Assembly (NCBI GenBank): GCA_965204725.1
Contig: OZ242005.1
Span: forward strand, 4,000,001 to 4,064,000
DNA: 64,000 bases
Source: Candidatus Latescibacterota bacterium
GTDB lineage: Bacteria > Latescibacterota > UBA2968 > UBA8231
Direction of reading: 5' to 3'
Positions 9,691 through 17,866 of the stretch are shown piece after piece (within the stretch, counting starts at the first letter, position 1; each line of letters opens with the position of its first letter). Both the position numbers and the translations under genes were made by a program. The notes below the pieces were generated by a model, which made no database searches, had not been told where the DNA came from, and saw only the letters and a list, made by a program, of their open reading frames with translations.

Positions 9691-10611
9691 ATGAACGATA
9701 GCAACCGCGTCTTCTTCGGGCAGACCGATCTACAGGTCTCGCGTTTGTGCCAAGGCACCGCCTTCCGGCACCTGCCCCGCGCCGACAGCCCCCAGTCCCT
9801 AGCCGTGCTCCACCACTGCTTGGACCGCGGCATCAACTTTTTCGACACCGCTCAGGCCTACGGTTGGGGCGGGGCCGAGGAGGTGCTGGGGCGGGCGGTC
9901 GCAGGTCGGCGCGACGAGGTCGTCATTTGCACCAAGGTTCCGGCGTCGCTGGCCACTGGAAAGCGCGTCCGCTACACCCGTGCTCATCTCACCGCTCGCC
10001 TCGAAGAAAGCCTTCGTCGCCTACGCACTTCCTACGTCGATCTCTACCTTTTGCACTACCGCGACGAGGATACGCCGCCGGAGGCCATCGCCGAGGTCAT
10101 GGAGGACTTGGTGCAGGCGGGCAAGGCCCGCTATTGGGGCGTCTCCAACCATCGCGCCGCCGAAGTCGAAGCCTTTCTAGCCCGAGCCCCCATCGCGGGT
10201 GTCGAGGACTACTACAATATCGCCGGCAGCCACTGCGACGGAGCGGGGCGTTCGCGAGTGGCGATTTACGAGGCGGAAATGCTGCCGCTGCTGCGGCGCA
10301 CCGGCCTAGGGTGCCTAGCCTTCAGCCCGCTGGACACCGGCCTCCTAGCCCGCCCCGACACCCCAGCCCTCGCCGCTTTGGTCGCCGCCATCGACCAAGT
10401 CGCCGCCAACTTGGGCACCTCCCGCGCGGCCGTCTGCGTCGCTTGGGTCCTGCATCAGGGCCTTACCTGTGTGCTCGCTGGGGCCGAGAGCACCGCGCAC
10501 GTCAACGCCAATCTCCAAGGGACTGACCTCCAGCTTCCCGCGGACGCCCTCGCCGCCCTCAACCAAGCGCGTCAGACCTACCGCGCCAGCCAACCGGAGC
10601 AACGCCCGTGA
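9691..10611 (+). CDS. Aldo/keto reductase
   Basis: GINFFDTAQAYG, VICTK, SLRRLRT.YVDLYLLH, GK.RYWGVSN. Start ATG 9691 follows GGAG. The longer ORF from 9589 reads through the MITE. Confidence 0.9.
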   Translation: MNDSNRVFFGQTDLQVSRLCQGTAFRHLPRADSPQSLAVLHHCLDRGINFFDTAQAYGWGGAEEVLGRAVAGRRDEVVICTKVPASLATGKRVRYTRAHLTARLEESLRRLRTSYVDLYLLHYRDEDTPPEAIAEVMEDLVQAGKARYWGVSNHRAAEVEAFLARAPIAGVEDYYNIAGSHCDGAGRSRVAIYEAEMLPLLRRTGLGCLAFSPLDTGLLARPDTPALAALVAAIDQVAANLGTSRAAVCVAWVLHQGLTCVLAGAESTAHVNANLQGTDLQLPADALAALNQARQTYRASQPEQRP

Positions 10612-11489
10612 ACATCGTCGATGCCCATATCCACGTCTGGTCCTCCGACTTCGACCGGTATCCACTGGCCCCCGGCTTTGCGCCCGCGGACCTGTGGCTG
10701 CCCTCCTTTACGCCGGCCGATCACTTTGCGTATAGCCGCAAGGTCGGCAAGGTCCGCCTCAACCTCGTGCAGATGACTTGGTACGGGCTCGACCACCGCT
10801 ACATCCTCGACCTAATCGCCTCTGATCCTGCGACCTACGCAGGCACCGGCATTGTCCCGGGGGTCTCCGACGTGTCGCTGGCCGATCCGGGCAAGACCAT
10901 GCTCGCCTTGGCCGAAGGAGGCATTCGCGCCTTTCGCGTCCGCGGCGGCAAGACCGGGCGTCCGACCGCCTTTGGCCGGTTGGACCGCTGGCTCGACTAT
11001 CCGGGCTACGAGTCGATGTTCCGCACCGGGGCCGAGCACAATTTGGCCCTCAGCTTCCTCATGGGCCTCGCGGATCTGCCCGGGCTGATCCGCCTCTGCC
11101 GCCGCTTCCCGGAGACCCCGGTCATCCTCGACCATCTCTGCGGAGTTCGCCTCCGCGATGGCATTTGGCCCGAAGACGACATCAGCACTCTCTGCTCCAT
11201 GGCTCGCTACCCGCGCGTCATGGTCAAACTCGGTCCGTTCCAAGCCCTCGGCGACGGCGAGGCCCCCTATCTAGACCTCCTGCCCCTCATCAAGCGCGTC
11301 GTCGATGCCTTTGGCCCTGAGCGCGTTATGTGGGAAAGCGACAGCGGCGGCCCCGTCCGTATGAAAAACCCCGCAACCGACTTTGCTGCGGCGGTCGCCC
11401 TGATCCGCGACCACGCCGATTTTCTCAGCCCACGCGACAAGGAATACATCCTCGGCAAGACGGCCGAGGACTTCTTCTTTAACCACTAG
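10608..11489 (+). CDS. Amidohydrolase_2 family metal-dependent hydrolase (lactonase-like)
   Basis: IVDAHIHVW, VILDHL, FGPERVMWESD. GTGA overlap with the upstream gene. Confidence 0.9.
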   Translation: MNIVDAHIHVWSSDFDRYPLAPGFAPADLWLPSFTPADHFAYSRKVGKVRLNLVQMTWYGLDHRYILDLIASDPATYAGTGIVPGVSDVSLADPGKTMLALAEGGIRAFRVRGGKTGRPTAFGRLDRWLDYPGYESMFRTGAEHNLALSFLMGLADLPGLIRLCRRFPETPVILDHLCGVRLRDGIWPEDDISTLCSMARYPRVMVKLGPFQALGDGEAPYLDLLPLIKRVVDAFGPERVMWESDSGGPVRMKNPATDFAAAVALIRDHADFLSPRDKEYILGKTAEDFFFNH

Positions 11490-11508
11490 GAAATCGCGCC
11501 TCCTACCC

Positions 11509-12342
11509 ATGCTGCTAATTTTCGTATCGGCATTTTTAATAAGCACCGTCCACGCGGCCACGAGACCCAAAGTGGAAGTGTCCTTTGCCAATTACGGACG
11601 GGCGCTGGTGGAGTATCAGGGTGAGCAGCCGGGCTACTATTGGAATTATCACGCTGTCGGATTGGTTTCCTTCCAATGGCGGCTATCCCATCAATGGCAG
11701 GGCCGCCGCGACACGCTCGCGCTGGCCTTCTTGGGAAAGCGCATTGGCTTTGACGAAGAAGGGAGTAGGTTTTTTCAGTCGGGACATCGCATCGCCTTGT
11801 TTCCAGGGCACTTTGAATTGGGTTGGACGCGCCGGTGGGGCCGCTCCTTTCAGACCCGACTGCTCCTGATGCCAGCCATTACCGCCGAGGATAGTGCCCG
11901 CAAGAATCGCTATACGGCTTGGGGGGAACTGTTGGTTCAGCACAAAGGACTCGGCTTAGGAGCAGGACGCCTTGAGGTATCGGGGCGGTTGCGTTGGTGG
12001 CCGCTTCTTTTTTTGCGCCAGCAATGGCACGGTATCCGCGTTGAAGGTCTCATCCCGCGCTATCTGGATATACAAAAGGGACTGCTTGCGCTAAGGGCGC
12101 GTCTTGAGGGAGCGACTTATCTGATGCGACCAGACCTTGAGGAGGAGTTTCTAACGCTCTACTTCTCCCAATTGGATTTGGGGGTGGCCCTCGTTGCGTC
12201 GGAAGGACCCCTGGCGATTGACCTTGAGGTCGGGCGGACCATACAGCGCCGATTTGAAGTAGAGCAGTGCCGGTTTGAAGTAGAGTGCTATCGGGGTATC
12301 GACGACGGGTGGTACATTCGCACCAACCTGAAAGGAGAATAG
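11509..12342 (+). CDS. Secreted, probable outer-membrane beta-barrel hypothetical protein
   Basis: Signal peptide ending VHA and aromatic-rich alternating beta-strand segments. Lower GC than neighbours. Confidence 0.5.
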   Translation: MLLIFVSAFLISTVHAATRPKVEVSFANYGRALVEYQGEQPGYYWNYHAVGLVSFQWRLSHQWQGRRDTLALAFLGKRIGFDEEGSRFFQSGHRIALFPGHFELGWTRRWGRSFQTRLLLMPAITAEDSARKNRYTAWGELLVQHKGLGLGAGRLEVSGRLRWWPLLFLRQQWHGIRVEGLIPRYLDIQKGLLALRARLEGATYLMRPDLEEEFLTLYFSQLDLGVALVASEGPLAIDLEVGRTIQRRFEVEQCRFEVECYRGIDDGWYIRTNLKGE

Positions 12343-12457
12343 ACCCGTCTGTGCAGACTGCGTGGTATAGAAACTGTTCTTGTCAAAGGGGACTTTTTTA
12401 CTAGATTACCCCCGTACTCAATCAATCTTCTCCATCGTCCTCAAAGGAGTCTCAATC

Positions 12458-13264
12458 GTGAAAATCGGCCTCTACGCCTCCATGTTCGGCAAAGACGATC
12501 CACCCACCCTGCAAAGCATCGAAAGTTACATCGACCACGCCTACGACCTCCGTCTCGACTTGATCGACTTCCGCCGCGACCGCGGCTTTAGCTCCGAAGA
12601 CGCTTCCTACCTCATCAAGACCAAGCTGGCCTGCATTGAAAAGGGGCTTGCCATCGGCTACTTGGCGTCCGGGGGGCACTTTGTCGGCAGCGACGAGGAC
12701 CTGCGCGCCAAGGTCGCCACCGCCAAGGCCGACATGGACATCGCGCTGATTTTGGGCGCGCCCATGATCCGCCTGTTCTGCGGCCAACCCCTCACCGACC
12801 CGCAGGAGCGCGCCCGCGAAATTCGCTGTTTCCAAGAAGTGGCCGACTACGGCCTCGAAATAGGCATCGCCATCGGCTTGCAGAACCATCCTTCCACTGG
12901 CGACGACGTCCTACGCATCATTGAGGGAACCGACCGGCCCAACTTTAGCTTTCTGCTCGACACCGGCCAGTGGTGTGGCTCGCCGGCCCGCAACCGCGGC
13001 ATTCCCGACCCAGATCACGACATCTACGCTTACATGCAGCAGACCGCCCACCTAGCCACCCACGTCCGCGCCAAGTTCTACAAGATCGACAGCGGCAAGG
13101 AGGAGTGGATCGACTACGAGCGCATCGTCCCCATCCTCGCCGAGGCTGGGTACAACGGCCCGCTCTCCGTCGTCTTTGAGGGCCAAGCCATCAACGATTG
13201 CGACGACAAAGAGGTCATGCGCTTGGCAGCCGCACACCTGCGGGATGTGACGGCTCGGCTCTAA
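12458..13264 (+). CDS. Sugar-phosphate isomerase/epimerase (xylose-isomerase-like TIM barrel)
   Basis: LGAPMIRLF, LQNH, LDTG, HVRAK, GYNGPLSVVFEG. GTG 12458 follows AAGGAG. Confidence 0.85.
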   Translation: MKIGLYASMFGKDDPPTLQSIESYIDHAYDLRLDLIDFRRDRGFSSEDASYLIKTKLACIEKGLAIGYLASGGHFVGSDEDLRAKVATAKADMDIALILGAPMIRLFCGQPLTDPQERAREIRCFQEVADYGLEIGIAIGLQNHPSTGDDVLRIIEGTDRPNFSFLLDTGQWCGSPARNRGIPDPDHDIYAYMQQTAHLATHVRAKFYKIDSGKEEWIDYERIVPILAEAGYNGPLSVVFEGQAINDCDDKEVMRLAAAHLRDVTARL

Positions 13265-13404
13265 ATCGTCTAGCCGTCCCAAGAGCGCAATCTCTAGACG
13301 GTTCGCCCCCTGCTGAGGCCGCATCCGCTGCAAGTCGAAGTGTGTCCCCTGTTTCCGTTTACTAGTTGAATCCGAGCAACTTTGGGATGTCGTCAGGCAG
13401 GAGC

Positions 13405-14286
13405 TCACTCCGCGGCTAACCCCTCGTGAGCGTAGTGCCAGTCCTCCAAGTGGTTGAGCAACACGCCTGAGGTCCAAGTCGGGGGACGCTGCAAGGTGGC
13501 GTGTATTTCGGCCTGCTTGGCGGCGATGTGATCGCGCTCAAGCAGACGCTGGTTGAAGGCCGCCACTGCCTCTTGCTCGATAGTGCCTTTCCGGCGCACC
13601 CAGCCCTCAAATGCGAGATAGGTCGGCATCTCCGTGCGGAGAAACCCAAGGGCCGCATCTTGATCCACCTGCAAGGTCTGCAAACAGCGCTGGTCGAGGC
13701 TGCCCTCGGCGCAGTCGGGGTAGTCGAGATGCAGCAGGCCCTTAGCGCGCAGGCAGGTCTTGAGCCAAGTACGGGGAAGCTGACAGATGCCCAAAGGGCC
13801 TCGGTCAATGCTGCTGAGGGTTGGAGCCACAGGCTTGGACAGGCCCGGAGCATCAGGCGCGAAGACGCGGCCATGGAAAAGAGACCAGTCCTGTAGGCAG
13901 TTGAGCAACACGGCCGATACTTCGGTCGTCTCCTCCAGCGACCAGCCTATATCTCTATAGGTCTCGTCGATTTTGGCCGGGATATAGTGAGTGCGCTGCA
14001 CCAGCGACTTATTCCAGCGCACGATGCGGGGGGCCTCGTAGGAGCCTTCGGCGGCTACCCACTCCTCGAATTGTAGATAGGTAGGCCGCTGGTCCCCCAA
14101 AAAGCGCAAGGCACGGTCTGGGTCGAGACGCAGCACTCCCAGCACGTATTGGTCGAGACCGCTACTGCAAAAGGGGTAGTCCCCGTCGAGTTGCCCGGCC
14201 TGGTGGAGGCGGTTCTTCCACCACAGACGCGGTAGCTGGGCCACGCCTAGCGGGCCTTGACAGAGGGTGCTGACCAATGGGATCAC
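13405..14286 (-). CDS. Protein with two tandem DUF5069-like domains
   Basis: Internal duplication: GPLG..QLPR.W.K...DYP.C..G.LDQ...PTYL.FE.WV...VLLN.L.DW occurs twice. Confidence 0.65.
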   Translation of the reverse strand: MIPLVSTLCQGPLGVAQLPRLWWKNRLHQAGQLDGDYPFCSSGLDQYVLGVLRLDPDRALRFLGDQRPTYLQFEEWVAAEGSYEAPRIVRWNKSLVQRTHYIPAKIDETYRDIGWSLEETTEVSAVLLNCLQDWSLFHGRVFAPDAPGLSKPVAPTLSSIDRGPLGICQLPRTWLKTCLRAKGLLHLDYPDCAEGSLDQRCLQTLQVDQDAALGFLRTEMPTYLAFEGWVRRKGTIEQEAVAAFNQRLLERDHIAAKQAEIHATLQRPPTWTSGVLLNHLEDWHYAHEGLAAE

Positions 14287-14298
14287 GGGTTGCTCCTT

Positions 14299-15153
14299 TC
14301 AGGTGGCCGCCAACTCAAACAGCGGCGCGTTCCCCTCGGCACGGCCCCGCAAGTCCTCCACTTCGGCGACCGTGAGCGGCGCGAGGCGGTCGGCCATGTC
14401 CAAGGCCATTTCAAAGAGAGGGGCCTCGCCGGGCGGCAGGGCGGCAGTGATGGGTTGCGATAGGGCGAAGCGCAGAGCCAGTTCGGCTAGTTCTGGCTCG
14501 TCAATGGGATCGTACCAGCATTTGGCGTAGCGTTTCGCTGCCCCTTGGGGCAGGCGCGAGCGGGCCATGGCTTTGAGCGCTAGACAGGCGACGCCGCGCT
14601 CTTGGGCCTTGGCCACGACTTGGGGGCCGAAGTCGGCTTGGAAGTAATTGACCCAGTTGACGGGGAAGAGCACCGAGTCAAAGGGGAAATAATCCAGCAG
14701 TTGCAGGGCGATTTCAGCCGAGTGTGCTGAAAAACCTATATAGCGCACCAAGCCTTGGTCGCGGGCCTCCACAAACGCGGCCAAGGCGCCGTCGGGGCCA
14801 GTCGCCGCGGCAAAATCTTCGGCTGTCGTCATGGCGTGCAACTGGTATAGGTCGAAGTGGTCGGTGCGCAAGGTTTTGAGGGATTGGCGCAACTCGGCCG
14901 CAGCCCCGGCTCGCGTGCGCTCGGTAGTCTTGCAGGCGAGGAATACATCGCGGCGATATGGCTCCAAGGCCGGTCCCAGCCGCTCCTCGGCGTTGCCGTA
15001 GCTCGGGGCCACGTCAAAGTAATTGACGCCGCGCTCAACGGCCCGCCGCACCAAGCGAGCGGCCTCGGCCGCTTCCACTTGGCTGACGACGATGCCGCCA
15101 AAGCCGATTGCGGAAAGGTGTTCACCCGTGGTGCCGTAGGGACGTCGCTGCAT
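14299..15153 (-). CDS. Aldo/keto reductase
   Basis: IGFGG, GVNYFDVAPSYG, LACKT, SL..LRTDHFDLYQLH, VRYIGFSAH. Confidence 0.9.
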   Translation of the reverse strand: MQRRPYGTTGEHLSAIGFGGIVVSQVEAAEAARLVRRAVERGVNYFDVAPSYGNAEERLGPALEPYRRDVFLACKTTERTRAGAAAELRQSLKTLRTDHFDLYQLHAMTTAEDFAAATGPDGALAAFVEARDQGLVRYIGFSAHSAEIALQLLDYFPFDSVLFPVNWVNYFQADFGPQVVAKAQERGVACLALKAMARSRLPQGAAKRYAKCWYDPIDEPELAELALRFALSQPITAALPPGEAPLFEMALDMADRLAPLTVAEVEDLRGRAEGNAPLFELAAT

Positions 15154-15228
15154 GGATATTCTCCTTTTCCAATGGTCGCAATGAGCGCGACAAGGTTTTA
15201 CGTATTGTAGGTAATGAGCACGACCCCT

Positions 15229-17856
15229 TCAATAGGTGACGGCCACAGTGCGCAGGATGGTCTTGTCTTTGACGTTGGCTCCGGCCGTATTGGTATGGAT
15301 GTGCAGGCGTACGCAGTACAGGCCCGGCGGCACTAGGGCTCCGTACTCGTCCCGTCCATCCCAGCCCATTTTATAGGAGCCGGCACTCAGGGGTCGCCGC
15401 TCGGTGAGGACGCGCACCCGTCGGCCATCGAGATGGCAAATTGCGGCCTCCACCGGACTATCGTCTTCCACCCTCACCACCTTAAAAAAGAAAAAGGTCA
15501 AGTCGTTGATCCCGTCCCTGTTGGGCGAAAACACAGCAGGGCGCACGGCCACATCCGTCAGCAGGGCTTGGGGCTTAGAGACGCTGATCAAGGTCGTGGT
15601 ATTGCCGGGGATATGCGATAGGACAGCACCCGGGTCAACCCGCTGCCAAGTACCCCCGTCGTCCGCATGGCTGTTGCGCAGGAACGCCTGCAAAACGGCA
15701 CCCGTGGCAAAGAGGGCGGCGGTAAAATCGAGCCGTAGAATCTCGATTGCGCTGTCGGGGCCGATGCTGGGGAAGCGCACTAGCAGCGAGTCCGGTGCCG
15801 TCGGCATCACCTCCGCGTGATCTAGCGCTGGCACCCCACCGGCCTCTGCCTTGAACTCATCCGCCCGCCCGCCAAAAACCCCGACTGGACTCAGCGCCAT
15901 GTTGGCCGGGGCGGTGAGGAGCAACTCGTCAAAGCCAGGGTCTAGGCGCTCGAAATGAGGCTGCACATAGAGCGAAAAAGAACGCTCGACGCCGAGCCGG
16001 TCCACCGCAAAAGGATCGATCTCCGCCCGCAAACTTTGCGCCACCGGGTCCGAAAAGCGGAGCCGGACTGAGCGCAGGGTCGGACTGAACGCAGGGTCGG
16101 CCGACAGCAAGGTCGCCCGAATTTTGAGGAATCGCCGTGGTGATGGCGAGGTAACAGGGCTACCCTCGGCCCGGGAATAGGGCGCGCTCCAATCGCTCCA
16201 GTTGCCTTTGGGCACTTCCTCGGCGACGATATCGCCCTTAAAGATCGACAGCAGCTTGCCATACTGCGCCTCGGTCACTTCAGTACCGTCGTTTTTGAAA
16301 TAGTGGAGCACTTGGCCCAACTCGTCGCCCGTCCGAGTCTGAATCAGGACGCGCGTCCCCGGTGGCTCGTCGGCGTCCCACTCAATGGAGTGTAGATTGC
16401 GGCTGCCGCCCAGCCGAATCAACTCGGATTCTAGGCTCACTTCCGGCTGGAAACCCTCCCCGTATAGCTGCATCTCCGCCATGGTGGCGATCTGACTACC
16501 AATGGGTTCCATCGTCCATTGAATGCGGGCGAAGCGGGCCTTGATCGGCTCGAACTGGGTGCCTTCAAAGCGGGCTTTCGGGGCCACGCCGCGGGAAGTT
16601 TGGTGCTGGCTCTTGGTCGCCCGGGTGGTCCATTTGAGCGCGCCATCGGCCGCTAGGGAGCCGTCGGAAAAGTCGATCCGATAGTTGAGAAAAGAGCCGA
16701 AGCGAGTCCCTCCGAGGCCGCTATAGGCCAGCCGATAGGTATCGATCCAATAAAAAGCCCCGAGATCAAAAACCAACTCCTTTTCGGGATCGGCCACCGC
16801 AGATTCGACGCCGAAGTAAATGCCGCTGAAACTGGCCAAGTCGCCATCGATCAAACTCTTAAAGGCCAAGGTCTGCGCGGCTGTGGTGGCGATGACCCCG
16901 CCGCGGTCCAGCAGGCCAGCGACGAGTTCGTCCCCGGCGTTCCACACCTCCAATTCGGCTAGGCGGGGCCGCTCGCGGCGGAAGTAGCGAATGGTCCCCC
17001 GGCGCTCCGCGTCGAGGAGCTCGTACACTTTTTGCGCGACGGGCACCTCGCGGCCGTCTAACTGCCGCTTGAAATGCTGGACGGCACCCTGATCCGCGGC
17101 CAGTGCTTCATACTCCGCACGGGAGATTTCCGCGCCCAGCAGACCATCGGTGCCCGTCACCAGCAACTGCACAAAGCGCACCGGAGCGGCCGCTAGCGCG
17201 GGTATCTGTCCAGTCAGGTCAACCTCAAAGACCCGCTGGCTCTTGTTTCTGCTCAAGGTGCGCAGTACGGTCGCAAAGGATCGCGTTCCGCTCCCCTGCA
17301 AGCGCTTTGGTTCAAGGCCGTCAGACACTAAGACCTCAAAGAGGAGAAAGGGGTCGCCTAAGCCCTCCTCGACAAAGCGCACGACGAGTTTCTTGGCAAA
17401 GACCAAGCGACCCAAATCGACGACAAACCACCACTGCGAGGCCAAATCAAGCGCATCGCTGGGGGGCGCAGGTTCCCAATAGGTGGCCATATCGCCATCG
17501 AATACCTTGGCCATGTCGGCGACATTAGAGCCGCCCTCAATCGCGTCGGCCAAGGCGATGGTCGCGGGATCTTTGTCGCCTAGCGAGGCGGGGGGATTGA
17601 AGCGCAGGTAATCGACGATATCTAAGGCCGCATTGGTATCTTTCTCAATGCGCCGAGTTTGCACCGCGCCTGTGGGAGAAATGGCTAGGGTCCCGGGGGG
17701 AAAGGTCCAGTTTTGCCAGTGGTTGCGGCTGTTTACGACGACTTGATTGTCGCGGACTCGGTGGCCGGCACTCTGGGGCCAGACCTCTTGGATATCGGCC
17801 AGCGCTAGGACCAACCCGAGGGGGCTTGCAGACAGGAGGCGTGCCAATCCCGTCAT
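15229..17856 (-). CDS. Secreted protein with discoidin-like domains and C-terminal T9SS-CTD/FlgD-Ig-like domain
   Basis: Signal-like N-terminus, FDGD.AT.W...VDLG, RTGD, WSDWSAP, SPSPRRF and C-terminal FSPNRDGIND...WDGRD..G..VPPG.Y. Ends in Tyr. Start placed at ATG 17856. Confidence 0.7.
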   Translation of the reverse strand: MTGLARLLSASPLGLVLALADIQEVWPQSAGHRVRDNQVVVNSRNHWQNWTFPPGTLAISPTGAVQTRRIEKDTNAALDIVDYLRFNPPASLGDKDPATIALADAIEGGSNVADMAKVFDGDMATYWEPAPPSDALDLASQWWFVVDLGRLVFAKKLVVRFVEEGLGDPFLLFEVLVSDGLEPKRLQGSGTRSFATVLRTLSRNKSQRVFEVDLTGQIPALAAAPVRFVQLLVTGTDGLLGAEISRAEYEALAADQGAVQHFKRQLDGREVPVAQKVYELLDAERRGTIRYFRRERPRLAELEVWNAGDELVAGLLDRGGVIATTAAQTLAFKSLIDGDLASFSGIYFGVESAVADPEKELVFDLGAFYWIDTYRLAYSGLGGTRFGSFLNYRIDFSDGSLAADGALKWTTRATKSQHQTSRGVAPKARFEGTQFEPIKARFARIQWTMEPIGSQIATMAEMQLYGEGFQPEVSLESELIRLGGSRNLHSIEWDADEPPGTRVLIQTRTGDELGQVLHYFKNDGTEVTEAQYGKLLSIFKGDIVAEEVPKGNWSDWSAPYSRAEGSPVTSPSPRRFLKIRATLLSADPAFSPTLRSVRLRFSDPVAQSLRAEIDPFAVDRLGVERSFSLYVQPHFERLDPGFDELLLTAPANMALSPVGVFGGRADEFKAEAGGVPALDHAEVMPTAPDSLLVRFPSIGPDSAIEILRLDFTAALFATGAVLQAFLRNSHADDGGTWQRVDPGAVLSHIPGNTTTLISVSKPQALLTDVAVRPAVFSPNRDGINDLTFFFFKVVRVEDDSPVEAAICHLDGRRVRVLTERRPLSAGSYKMGWDGRDEYGALVPPGLYCVRLHIHTNTAGANVKDKTILRTVAVTY

Positions 17857-17866
17857 GTAGATGCCT

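Noticed and set aside
13265-13404. Intergenic stretch as a small RNA or gene remnant
   Set aside because: No clear hairpin, repeat-family match or recognisable peptide, so there is not enough support.
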